Part shown: positions 20,146-30,159 of the stretch, piece by piece
Layout: each line of letters starts with the position of its first letter
Numbering within the stretch: the stretch's first letter is position 1
Assembly (NCBI GenBank): GCA_040285745.1
Contig: JAUFOR010000004.1
Span: 434,001-498,000, forward strand
Reading direction: 5' to 3'
Origin: Barthelona sp. PCE
Lineage: Eukaryota
Length of the DNA stretch: 64,000 nucleotides
Made by a program: the position numbers and the translations under genes
The notes under the pieces: model-generated
The model's input: only the letters and a program-made list of their open reading frames with translations
The model's database searches: none
Told to the model about the DNA's origin: nothing

Positions 20146-20805
20146 ATGTCTTTCATTAAGTTTTCGATCGTTTTGGTACTTTTTCTTGCCGTATGCTCGG
20201 GTATGAGCACATGTGAACCTGGTGAAGAAGGTCCAGGAGGTGTTTATGGACCCGATCAATATTGTTTAGGTGGTAGAATCTGTGATAATGACCTTACCCT
20301 TTGCCCATCTGGCTCCCTGGCACCTGGAGGTTGTTATGATAAAGAAGACTTTGATTGTAACGATGGTTTTACATGTCCTAAAGGTAAATTAGGTTGTACT
20401 CGTTATGGTAAGCTTGGTACAATGGGAGGATGCTACGATCCTGAGGTTTCTGTCTGTTATGATGGTGAAATCTGTCCTAAAAACTTTGGCAACTGTGTTA
20501 AGGGCATTTTAGGTGATGGTGGCTGTTTCCATCCTGAATACGCTTATTGTTTTGAGGGAGCAGTCTGCCGTAACGGGCATCCTGCATGTGACATTGGTAA
20601 GAGTGGGCCAGGAGGATGTTTTGACGACAAGAAAAGTAATTGTTATGATGGTATGATTTGTCCAATTGAGAAGAAGATTTGCATCGTAGGAAAACGTGGT
20701 ATGGGCGGATGTTATAATTCTGAAACACATAAATGTGATCAGGGTTTAATCGAAGAAGTTAAAGTTCAGGATACACCATACGATGAAATCATTAATGAGC
20801 TTTAA
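20146..20805 (+). CDS. Secreted Cys/Gly-rich repeat protein (CBM52-like repeats)
   Basis: Signal peptide plus about six GGC[YF]x6CxxGxxC repeats. Confidence 0.85.
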   Translation: MSFIKFSIVLVLFLAVCSGMSTCEPGEEGPGGVYGPDQYCLGGRICDNDLTLCPSGSLAPGGCYDKEDFDCNDGFTCPKGKLGCTRYGKLGTMGGCYDPEVSVCYDGEICPKNFGNCVKGILGDGGCFHPEYAYCFEGAVCRNGHPACDIGKSGPGGCFDDKKSNCYDGMICPIEKKICIVGKRGMGGCYNSETHKCDQGLIEEVKVQDTPYDEIINEL

Positions 20806-20851
20806 GCACATAGCAAATTAAGTAGCGTAAAGTTCGGTCTTTACTAGTAAA

Positions 20852-23800
20852 TTAAACATGTCTTTGAAGATAAGAAGGTGGTGCAAACTGTTTATCACCT
20901 TGATCATTGAGAACGACAAGCCATCCCTTTTTCAGACCAATAACCTCAAGGATATCACCCTTCTTAAACGTGGCATAGCTCTCATTCTTTCCAGTGTATG
21001 GATACATTGCACAAAATAATGTGGAAGAAGGAGCACGTGGTACGACTTCTTTTCTTTCTTCAACCTCTTCTTTTTTCTTTTCCTCCACCTTTGGTTGGGG
21101 TTCAATCTCAATCTTAGGTTCTAGTTTAGGTACCATTTCTGCTTTTGGTGTTTCTGGAACGTAAGTACTGTTTTCTTCAACAATAATTGCACTTTGTTCC
21201 ATCTTGGGTTGATACATTAACTCTTTTCTTTTTTGAATCCTTGCCTGCACTTCTTCACATTCAGCTTCGTACTTCTCTCGTAGAACTTCATTTGCTGCAC
21301 GTCTCTCAGCACGTTTAATATTTCTTTCTCTAATTTCGTCAGCTTCTTTCACAATTTGTTTTTTCTGCTTATCAAACGCTTTCTTCTCCTTTTTGACACT
21401 CTTCTTCACGTTATTGAGGGAGGAAATACACGGCTGAAGAATATTAAGCAACTCTTCTCGATGTTCCGCACTTGAAAGAACTAACATGCCCTTGTTCTTC
21501 CCACTTCCATATTGAATATTGATGTATTTACCATTATTATGTAGATTCACAGCTGAGTTACCATCCAGATCAACAGCTTGATAGTGCTCACCAACCTCAC
21601 TTTTGCTGAACCAACCACTTGGTGTCCTGTCGAACAAGTCAATGTGTACGATGGTCTGTTGATACAAACCATCTTCACTTTCTTGATCCTGTAATACAAC
21701 AACAACACGAACAGGTCTTTTGTGTTTTTCCTCTGATGAGGCAGGTTGGGGTGTTTTCATGTCGAACTCTGCAGAGGTGGAATCTCTGATATTAACAAAA
21801 GTAGGATCCTTCCATTCTGTATCCACACTCTCAGGGATATCTTCGTCATCAGTGACATCATCGTACTCGGGTTCCACAGGTTCTTCAATTTCTTCGAGCA
21901 CTTCGTTTTCTTCTTCTTCAACTATGACTTCCTCTTTTTCAATATCATCAACTGATGTGACTTCAGTTTTTACCTCTTCCTCAACGATATCTTCAACACA
22001 TTCAGGCTCAACAATTTCAACGGAATCACTCACGTCCACATCATTTTCTACTTCTGCATCAGATTGAAGGGTTTTATCAGGTTCGGCAGCACCAACAACA
22101 ACAGGTTCAGGTTGAATTACTGGATCAACAACTACGGGTTCCAAATGCACTGCAGGTTCTGTGACAACAACAGTTTGTTCAACTTCAACGCGCTTCGCAG
22201 GTGGTTCAACAGGAATCCTGGTTGGTGTAGGCAATGCCTGGAACTCTGGGAACTCGCTTGACATACCTGGTGTCACACCAGTCCCTTCCTGATAAACAAT
22301 TGGTGATACGCTCGTTTCACTAGTTAAATCATCATCAAAAACAATCTCTTCTTTCATCATTTTTGACATAGGGCTCTCTATGGGAGTCTGGTTAAGCAGC
22401 GCTTCAAATGTATCATCTTTAGCAGGCTGTGGTGAACTAATATCAACGTTAAACACGATATTAGGACGCATTTCAGGTTCTTCCTGCTCCTCAAAATCAA
22501 TGTCTTGTAAATTCAACACATTTGACTTTAGAGAGGCATACATGGTTTGTTTTTCAGCAAGGAATCTCTTTAACAGATCAATCTCTTGTTCTATGGTTCT
22601 CAGCAAATGATCAGAATCCCCATCAGGTTTATCGTTCATTACAGGCACTGTCATTTTGGAAATAGGTGCGTTTTGTGGTGATAGAGCAGCTACTTTTGTT
22701 GGCTGCGGTGGAGAAACATGGTTAGAGATGGAAACAGGGATGGAAACCGGGGTCATAGGCATTCTCATAGGTGAAAGTGTCACGGGTGATACAGCTTGTG
22801 ATGCCGCTAATGGATGAACCTTGCGAGGAACGTCAGTAAACGCATTATTGACAATTGCAGGGGATGGAACGTAGTGAATAGCGGTTCCACGACTTGGAAG
22901 ATGTGAGAAAGAGGCATTCATTTGTCGAATACTCTGCAATAACTCCTTCTCTGAGGCAATACTACTGTTAAGTGACGATCCTCCATCGTCTTCCACCTCC
23001 GTGGAAAGCCTTTTGGCCAAAGAACTCGTTGGAGATGAAGGATAGGATATATCGAGTGTTGAAGTAGGAATGGGAACATTTCCTCTTCTTGCTACTGGCG
23101 TCTTGGTGTCAAGCATTTCACTATCATCATCGCTTAAATCACTTAAATCAGTTATACTACTGTCTTCGTCTTCATCTTGATCAATTTGTCTTGATGTATC
23201 AATATTCACTGATTGTGGTGTGATACCCCTTATCTCCCTCAGCTTCTTATCAACCAATTCAAGGTTATCAGCAGTAAGATGAGCCAATCTTTCTGTTGGT
23301 TTTGCACTAACAAGGTTAGCTTGCTCAGTGTTCAATAAATTTTCGCTCAATTTAACTTCAATTCCAAGCTCTTTGCATTTATGGTATATTGTATGGCAGC
23401 TTTCGAAGCGAAGATAATTGTGAGATAGATTAATGCTTCTAACTGTTCGTAGAAGTGGTAACATCGGTAGCACATTAAAATTGAATATCTCATTGAAGCT
23501 TAAATCGATGTTTTCAACGTTTGGAAACTCATTAATGCTATACATATTGTTAAAACGAAGATTTAAAGTGGTATACTCACAATTATATTTGTGAAATGCT
23601 TTAAGAACATTAGAAGACAAGTTATTGCCCGACAGCACGAGGTGTGCAATGTTTAAATGCTTAATATATTTAACAATCGAATCATCCAGGCAGTTGGCGC
23701 CAAGATCAAGAAGGTCAATATTGAGCTGCATGTCCTGGAAAAACGCAAGGTCCGCCGATTTCAGCTGCTTATCGCTGAAATCAATGGATATAACCTCAGA

Positions 23801-23890
23801 AAAATTTGAAGAGCTGTCTGCAAATGCTCTCAATGCTCCAATTTCCTTAAATCTTCTGATGTATGAATCAGGGTGTTCGGAAAACTGCAT
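20852..23890 (-). CDS. LRR / acidic linker / coiled-coil / SH3 protein
   Basis: N-terminal LxxLxLxxN repeats and a C-terminal SH3 (AMYPY...TFKKGDILEV...GWL...APPSYL). Confidence 0.85.
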   Translation of the reverse strand: MQFSEHPDSYIRRFKEIGALRAFADSSSNFSEVISIDFSDKQLKSADLAFFQDMQLNIDLLDLGANCLDDSIVKYIKHLNIAHLVLSGNNLSSNVLKAFHKYNCEYTTLNLRFNNMYSINEFPNVENIDLSFNEIFNFNVLPMLPLLRTVRSINLSHNYLRFESCHTIYHKCKELGIEVKLSENLLNTEQANLVSAKPTERLAHLTADNLELVDKKLREIRGITPQSVNIDTSRQIDQDEDEDSSITDLSDLSDDDSEMLDTKTPVARRGNVPIPTSTLDISYPSSPTSSLAKRLSTEVEDDGGSSLNSSIASEKELLQSIRQMNASFSHLPSRGTAIHYVPSPAIVNNAFTDVPRKVHPLAASQAVSPVTLSPMRMPMTPVSIPVSISNHVSPPQPTKVAALSPQNAPISKMTVPVMNDKPDGDSDHLLRTIEQEIDLLKRFLAEKQTMYASLKSNVLNLQDIDFEEQEEPEMRPNIVFNVDISSPQPAKDDTFEALLNQTPIESPMSKMMKEEIVFDDDLTSETSVSPIVYQEGTGVTPGMSSEFPEFQALPTPTRIPVEPPAKRVEVEQTVVVTEPAVHLEPVVVDPVIQPEPVVVGAAEPDKTLQSDAEVENDVDVSDSVEIVEPECVEDIVEEEVKTEVTSVDDIEKEEVIVEEEENEVLEEIEEPVEPEYDDVTDDEDIPESVDTEWKDPTFVNIRDSTSAEFDMKTPQPASSEEKHKRPVRVVVVLQDQESEDGLYQQTIVHIDLFDRTPSGWFSKSEVGEHYQAVDLDGNSAVNLHNNGKYINIQYGSGKNKGMLVLSSAEHREELLNILQPCISSLNNVKKSVKKEKKAFDKQKKQIVKEADEIRERNIKRAERRAANEVLREKYEAECEEVQARIQKRKELMYQPKMEQSAIIVEENSTYVPETPKAEMVPKLEPKIEIEPQPKVEEKKKEEVEERKEVVPRAPSSTLFCAMYPYTGKNESYATFKKGDILEVIGLKKGWLVVLNDQGDKQFAPPSYLQRHV

Positions 23891-24037
23891 CGAAATGCAA
23901 GTAAATGAAAAGGTGGGAATTCGAATAACAAGGTTTTGTATTACTCCAATTGAGCATATTCATTGATTCCTGTGGGCGGATGAGTGCATCCACAAAGGTA
24001 CAATGTGTTAAAACATACCAAATGATCTTTATTTAAA

Positions 24038-25777
24038 TTAAAACAGGAATGGGTTAGAATTCACGTATTCTTCAGAAAAAACCTTTGTTGGAGCTTTCTT
24101 CAGAGGCTCATTAGCTGCAACACGTTCATACTGTTTCGTTTTTCCGATGTTATCATCTTTTAGCAGGTCTAATATCCCGAGTTCTTTCAAATCTTCCTCA
24201 CTAACCATTGTTAAATAATCGTCATCGTCCATTCTCAGCTCATACGCGTGTCTATAAACAGTACTCATGATATCATTCTGTGAAATACCTCCGAAACGTG
24301 GAATAATCTCTCGTTCAGGCAATTCAACCTTGTCCAACGGCGGAAGAGGTTCTCCCCAGTCCTTGAATCTAAAAATCCACTGTCTTATAGTCTGTGTAAA
24401 ACTGATGGCAACAGCGTCCATCATTTCAGCACTGTATTCTGCCTCTCGTTGATAAGCCAATTCTCTTGAGATATCACTGATGATGCGTGTTTCAATTGTT
24501 CTCACTCCATCAGCAAATAATAATGGTGCATCACTGTATAATTTGTTAACATGTCGCACTATACATGAGAACATATGCCTGTGAAATTCAAAGTTATTTG
24601 TTTTTGGATCTACTAACAAAACATTAACAAATTCCTTTGCAAAATCATATATTCTACGTCGAAATTCTGAGAAAATATTGATACCTTCAATAACATTGGG
24701 AATATGTGTAAGACATGGGGTGATTAGCTTCACTATCGGGATAGCTATGTCATCAATGAGATCTTCAATCGAGTGTGGACGTACACGTCGGTTATTGTAA
24801 GTGGAGACGAAAAACTTTTCAATTTTTTCAATATTCTCTTCAGATACATCATTGGGGTCAAAAATAGACCTTAGTGACATTTCTTGCGACTCAATCTCTC
24901 CCAGAAGTAACTTAAACGCTGATTTAATATCAAGTCTACCCATCTTTAAAAGCATATAGTTACGTGTTAGTGGATGCACCTTATCTAGTATTCCCCAATT
25001 AGGACTTTCCATCATCCAGTACATTTCATCAACTGTTAATGCTATTTGCATGTGTACCATAAACGACTGCCACATATGAGCTTCTAAAGCATCTTCTTTT
25101 TCATTCTCTCTTGTCTCAGACTCCAGAGAATCGTTGTGCATGTCGTTTCTGATTGCAATCGAAAAATCTCTCATTGGAAGATGTCGTACATCACCACGCG
25201 AAACAACACCAGTAATATTCTCGCCAATGGTAAATGTTTCAGACATTTGCTCCAATGGTACAAAGCTCTGCTGGTAGCTTTCCACAGCGTCATGTCTTCT
25301 GTGATACGAACCTGGGTAGGTCTCCTCCGGGTAATCAAGTGGATTAGCGAAAGGATTAACTGCGTTTGGTTCTGGTACATCGTTCCTCGTATTACGTCTT
25401 CTTCTGCCAGCTATACCTCCTTGTGCTATTTCAGCAAGTTGTTCACTGAAATTTGAAAAAATATCGCTCAATGGATTTTGAGCTGGTTGTGCAGGTTCAG
25501 CCTGCTCCTCGTTCTCTTCTACTTCAGGTTCTACTTCAGGCTCAACGCGGGCGGGTCGCACAGCCAGATTAATAGTGCACTCTTCAGTTATGTTCATTGA
25601 TTCCAACGTTGCATCATTATCTCTGAGCTGCCTGCCACTGAAGAGAAGAAGTTGGTTCTCTTGATCAATCAGTGTTTCTTCAGCAATCATATTACGCAAT
25701 GTTTGCACAGTAGTTTGATGCTCAACACTTAAATGGAATGATCCCCCGTTTAAGCGGTTGATTTTTAACTCAAACAT
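24038..25777 (-). CDS. BAG6-like ubiquitin-like-domain protein
   Basis: N-terminal UBL (QLLLFSGRQLRD...INL); C-terminal FSEEYVNSNP resembles BAG6 LSDAYLSGMP. Start MFELKIN chosen. Confidence 0.65.
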   Translation of the reverse strand: MFELKINRLNGGSFHLSVEHQTTVQTLRNMIAEETLIDQENQLLLFSGRQLRDNDATLESMNITEECTINLAVRPARVEPEVEPEVEENEEQAEPAQPAQNPLSDIFSNFSEQLAEIAQGGIAGRRRRNTRNDVPEPNAVNPFANPLDYPEETYPGSYHRRHDAVESYQQSFVPLEQMSETFTIGENITGVVSRGDVRHLPMRDFSIAIRNDMHNDSLESETRENEKEDALEAHMWQSFMVHMQIALTVDEMYWMMESPNWGILDKVHPLTRNYMLLKMGRLDIKSAFKLLLGEIESQEMSLRSIFDPNDVSEENIEKIEKFFVSTYNNRRVRPHSIEDLIDDIAIPIVKLITPCLTHIPNVIEGINIFSEFRRRIYDFAKEFVNVLLVDPKTNNFEFHRHMFSCIVRHVNKLYSDAPLLFADGVRTIETRIISDISRELAYQREAEYSAEMMDAVAISFTQTIRQWIFRFKDWGEPLPPLDKVELPEREIIPRFGGISQNDIMSTVYRHAYELRMDDDDYLTMVSEEDLKELGILDLLKDDNIGKTKQYERVAANEPLKKAPTKVFSEEYVNSNPFLF

Positions 25778-25845
25778 TATTATCTGGTGCTGTGAAAAGG
25801 GATGAATGTGTGTTATCGTGTTTTTCTTCCTCTTTGCATTGAACC

Positions 25846-27051
25846 ATGAGTCTAAACCGTGATACACTTCAGTCGTTTGTTGATTTGTTCAACCAAGATG
25901 TAGCTCAAGCAGTTGCATATTTTTTTAAATTAGTTTCTGGGGATATAGACTCGATCATCAGTGGGGAAACTGATTTTGACGCAATAGCGAAGGGAATAAC
26001 TCGCAAAATTAATGATTCTCCATTCTATGATACTTTTGATTGTTTGTTCGATGCTATTTCAAGTTTGTCCGATGATGTAACCGATGCTGTGAACAGCATG
26101 TTTTCTGCTCTAGATACCCTGCCTTTGGAAACAGACGATGCTTCATCAGATGAAGTAGCAGTAACAAAAGCAGTTTTTCATTTTGCTAGACTCTTCTGTT
26201 TTCTTTCTGATAAGATGCAAAATGACACAAACAAGTCTGAAGATCTTAAAGGACGCCTCATTCAGATGATTAAGGGAATGAAGGATGCCAATATTCTTGT
26301 TATTTTGTTCACAAATCTCTTTCGTGTATCTGATTTTACTTTATCTCTCAATTCTTTCACCATATACGTACCCAAGCTCACCAGTCATGTGTACAATAAC
26401 GGCGATGAAATATTCAACAGTATTAAAACGGAAGCGTATCAAACACTGATGGTTAATGCCATGAGATCAGGTAAGTTTTCTGTTGCGTTCTGTTTTTTAA
26501 ATCTTGCATTGTCATGTCTACCGAACTTGAGCCCCGATGAGATTAACCCTGCTTTTGCGCGTAACGCTGTGTTTGTTAGTATTATGGTGTATCGTAGACC
26601 ACATGATGTTCTAGTGGATAGTCTATCACCTGAACATCATGCATTATTTAGCGCAGTGTTAAGTGGTGATATCAATGCTTTTGAATCGTTGAGAGATGTT
26701 TTTGTTAGTGATGCTGCTTTGGAAGAGGTGGAATGGTTATTTGAGTTGGATCACCATGTTTGTGTACTGGCAATGCGTAATGTGTTGGGAAGTATTGCAA
26801 CAACAAGGACAACAGCGTCAATCCTATCTAGTGTTTACAACAAAGTGTATAATCAACAAATTTGCGGTGTTGAAACGGTGTCATTGATAGATATGCTGAT
26901 TAATCAAGGGTTGATTGCAGGGTATATGGGCGCTTTGCCCTCTGGTGAAGTTCATGTAATCCTAAGTAAGGAAAAACCCTTTACCTCTAAACCGAAATTA
27001 TCATTAGATGCGTGTATAGCTCAGTTAAAGAAGACTAGAGTTATCAGATGA
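25846..27051 (+). CDS. PCID2/Thp1/Csn12-like PCI-domain protein (TREX-2 type)
   Basis: SAVLSGDI, LAMRNVL and LIDMLINQGLIAGYM...VILSKEKPF match the PCID2-type C-terminus. Confidence 0.7.
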   Translation: MSLNRDTLQSFVDLFNQDVAQAVAYFFKLVSGDIDSIISGETDFDAIAKGITRKINDSPFYDTFDCLFDAISSLSDDVTDAVNSMFSALDTLPLETDDASSDEVAVTKAVFHFARLFCFLSDKMQNDTNKSEDLKGRLIQMIKGMKDANILVILFTNLFRVSDFTLSLNSFTIYVPKLTSHVYNNGDEIFNSIKTEAYQTLMVNAMRSGKFSVAFCFLNLALSCLPNLSPDEINPAFARNAVFVSIMVYRRPHDVLVDSLSPEHHALFSAVLSGDINAFESLRDVFVSDAALEEVEWLFELDHHVCVLAMRNVLGSIATTRTTASILSSVYNKVYNQQICGVETVSLIDMLINQGLIAGYMGALPSGEVHVILSKEKPFTSKPKLSLDACIAQLKKTRVIR

Positions 27052-30013
27052 TACCCAGTTCTTTAATAATTTGCAACTGAAGCACGCTCAAATGATTAGT
27101 AATTTTTGGCTCATTCTCTTGAATAGATTCAATTAAGTCAACCATTGATTGACGTAGTTTCTCCACTATTTCGCTCTCACTAGGACTGAACGCCTGAAGA
27201 TGAGCAAAACTTGCTTCGTACAAACTTTGAATTACTTTAACAATTGCAAAAAACTTTCTGCAATGTTTTTCTGCAATTATTTCACTCTTTTGAAAATCTA
27301 TAAGTTCAGTAAACATATCTACAGCACTCCAGAAATCTGCAGCACCTCCATGGATTGTTAGTGTTCTAAATGCTGCAAGATAGCTGTCGTAATAAACACT
27401 AAGGAAGCTGGCGCTATCAGGGAACGTTTTTAAATAACGTGTGATTGTGACAATGAGGTTATACTGGACAGTGCAATCACCTAACTGATTTGCTCTGTTT
27501 AACTCTGGTCCAACTGCAAAGAAAAACTCTTCATTACACACCTCAAAATACTCTTCCAGATTAAGCTCTGATATGGCACTGCACATCACACCAATGCACC
27601 ACGCGTTGTTCGATGTGCATGCTGGTTGATCCAACTCTTTTATGCTGACTATTCTTGAAACAAAACATTCGACTGTTAGCTCAGCGTAGTTTGTAATCAT
27701 GTGATCCATGACTTGAACAGTGTTAAACATGGACCCAATCACGATTGCAAGTCCTGCTTGTACACCTGGATCTCTGATGGTTGTAAGTGCTTCAAGTAAC
27801 TCAACAAATTGATCTTTTTCAATCAAATTTTCAATTAAATTTTCAGGATCATCCATTCTGGACACGTAGCTGCACAATGGTTGGAAAAAGTAAGGGATTG
27901 CAGATGTTTGTATATCAGGTATCTGTTCTAGATCATCTTCATCTACTTCACCCTCCTGCAACGCAATATTCAATTTGTATGCATGGTACGCAGCAGTCAA
28001 ACATTCGATTGTCTTATCAATGAATGTTTCAGGTGGAGAGACGCCCAGAGAAAAAAGACCACTAACACCAAGCATAACAAATTGTAAAAATGGATTTCCA
28101 TCGACTTCAAGTTCATCAAATAGATGCCATATAAAGGCCACGATGATTGCCAAAGGTTGCGAAAGATAATAAAGCAACTGTTGTGATAGCTCTGGATCAT
28201 CACTGCGTCTGAAAGTATCATTTATGTAACTTGAAATGTCGTATATCATCCAGCATAAGTAAGAGGTCGCACAACGCTGCATCTTCCCCACTGTGTTTGC
28301 CAGCATCTCAAATAAATATGGTAATATGTAAATGATATCATCGCTACACACTTGAAGTAACTCAAGTACAGCGTTCATTGCTGAACGTTGAACATGTTTT
28401 TTGGGATCATCGATTAAATTAATCATACTGACTGCGATCTTCATATACTCTGGCAATAACTCCTCATATTCCAAGACATCAAAACCAAAAACCTCATCAG
28501 TTGCACTATCTCTCTCCATAATGTCCGTGAAGCATTGTGACAACGTAATTAGTCCCGAAATACGCAGTCTGTAATTATCAGACTCGAGCATCTGTACCTC
28601 AACAGCAACCATCTGATCAAAAAGATCATTATCAATCAATTCATTAACAATTTCGGCCGAAGAACAGCATACAGATAGAATCATAGAAGCCGCTTCTAAT
28701 TCTCTCCAGTCATCGCTTTCAAGCCCAGTTTCAAAAAATACACTCAGCAAAGCTGTCATGTTTTTAGATACATGTGAACATGCTTCATGCAAGAGATTAA
28801 GTGCTGCTGTGCGTACTGGGAAAGCAGTTGTCTCTCGCACCTCAGGGAGCATATCTGTTACGTCCTGCTCCTCAGCTTGCTTCTCAGCTTGTGGTTTCAT
28901 ATGTGCAGTTCCCTGTAAAAATACTGCAACTTCGTAATCACCATCTTCAATATGTTGATCGCTCTCAGTAGAAAGGGATTTGTCAAATACTTCCACATTA
29001 CTGTCGGAAAACATGACAGAATACATCAGTGCAATTAACAAATCTTCATCATTTGCAAAAACATTGTGAGAAAAAAAACGAAGTTGTACTTCAGGTGATG
29101 AGTGTGTAAAAAACTCCATTGCTGCAACCACTGTGTTCTCTGCAATATCCTCGTCAGGATCAATGTTATAGGTGATAATCATAGACATGAACTGAACTAA
29201 TTCGTCGAATATTTCATCTATAACGCTTGGGTTGAAAACCATAATATGCTTGTACAAAACACATATAGCGGTAAGCGCTAATGTATTGGAAACAATATTA
29301 TCAAAATTATTTCGTAATAACGAAGTGAGGAACTCACAGACGCGAGCTGAAGCAAAAGATAAAGTTGTAGCTTGTTTCTTCCTTCTGTCTCTGTCTATTG
29401 CATCATATACCTTTGTCAAATCGTCTAGCACTCGAGATAAGGGTCCAATTTTGTCGACACTCACATAGCTCACTATTGACTGAACTATTTCATGAATGCG
29501 TGACCACTGACAAAGCAAATCATCAACAGTGCTGAGTGCACGGAGCACAGATGTGACTCCGTGTATGTACTGCATGGATCCTGTCTCAAGGGCCTCAAAC
29601 ATATAATCACCAATTGCAGAGAAATCATCTAGTGTTTGTTCAATAGCACAAATCAATTCTTTTAGTGCTATGCTGGCAGAATTACGATCAATTTGTTGTG
29701 TTGAGAAGATCTGCTCCTTGATAACTTCAAAGACAAGGTTTTGCTCTCCACCAGACATATCATTGAATGAAGAAAAACTTTGTTGAAGTAAAATACCTGC
29801 CATTGTACATATATCTTCATTATCTTCTGTTCGATCAAGCCCAAAAAAGTATGCAAGACAACTACAAAAGTAGTGGTTATCTTTTAAGTCCTCTAACTCA
29901 GAATAAACTTCTGTTTGAACATCTTGTTCCTGAATGAGACTCTTCTCAAGAAACTCTTTAACAAACTGAAGCTGCTCAGCGTCAGGTTCAAAAATCTCTT
30001 CGTTATCTGACAT
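27044..30013 (-). CDS. Transportin / importin-beta family karyopherin
   Basis: HEAT repeats with an acidic loop; WRELEAA, DPKKHVQRSA and SNNAWCIG resemble TNPO1/Kap104 blocks. Confidence 0.8.
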   Translation of the reverse strand: MSDNEEIFEPDAEQLQFVKEFLEKSLIQEQDVQTEVYSELEDLKDNHYFCSCLAYFFGLDRTEDNEDICTMAGILLQQSFSSFNDMSGGEQNLVFEVIKEQIFSTQQIDRNSASIALKELICAIEQTLDDFSAIGDYMFEALETGSMQYIHGVTSVLRALSTVDDLLCQWSRIHEIVQSIVSYVSVDKIGPLSRVLDDLTKVYDAIDRDRRKKQATTLSFASARVCEFLTSLLRNNFDNIVSNTLALTAICVLYKHIMVFNPSVIDEIFDELVQFMSMIITYNIDPDEDIAENTVVAAMEFFTHSSPEVQLRFFSHNVFANDEDLLIALMYSVMFSDSNVEVFDKSLSTESDQHIEDGDYEVAVFLQGTAHMKPQAEKQAEEQDVTDMLPEVRETTAFPVRTAALNLLHEACSHVSKNMTALLSVFFETGLESDDWRELEAASMILSVCCSSAEIVNELIDNDLFDQMVAVEVQMLESDNYRLRISGLITLSQCFTDIMERDSATDEVFGFDVLEYEELLPEYMKIAVSMINLIDDPKKHVQRSAMNAVLELLQVCSDDIIYILPYLFEMLANTVGKMQRCATSYLCWMIYDISSYINDTFRRSDDPELSQQLLYYLSQPLAIIVAFIWHLFDELEVDGNPFLQFVMLGVSGLFSLGVSPPETFIDKTIECLTAAYHAYKLNIALQEGEVDEDDLEQIPDIQTSAIPYFFQPLCSYVSRMDDPENLIENLIEKDQFVELLEALTTIRDPGVQAGLAIVIGSMFNTVQVMDHMITNYAELTVECFVSRIVSIKELDQPACTSNNAWCIGVMCSAISELNLEEYFEVCNEEFFFAVGPELNRANQLGDCTVQYNLIVTITRYLKTFPDSASFLSVYYDSYLAAFRTLTIHGGAADFWSAVDMFTELIDFQKSEIIAEKHCRKFFAIVKVIQSLYEASFAHLQAFSPSESEIVEKLRQSMVDLIESIQENEPKITNHLSVLQLQIIKELGII

Positions 30014-30159
30014 GAAAAGGAAAGTAAATCTTTATCCGAGTTGTTTCTGCAGCACTTGTTTCAGATAATTACCTGTTATGTGCTTTTTGCGCTCTAATTA
30101 CTGTGTAAATAATGTAGAATGTCATTCAAAACTTCACCTGCCTAAAAATAATTACTCTT

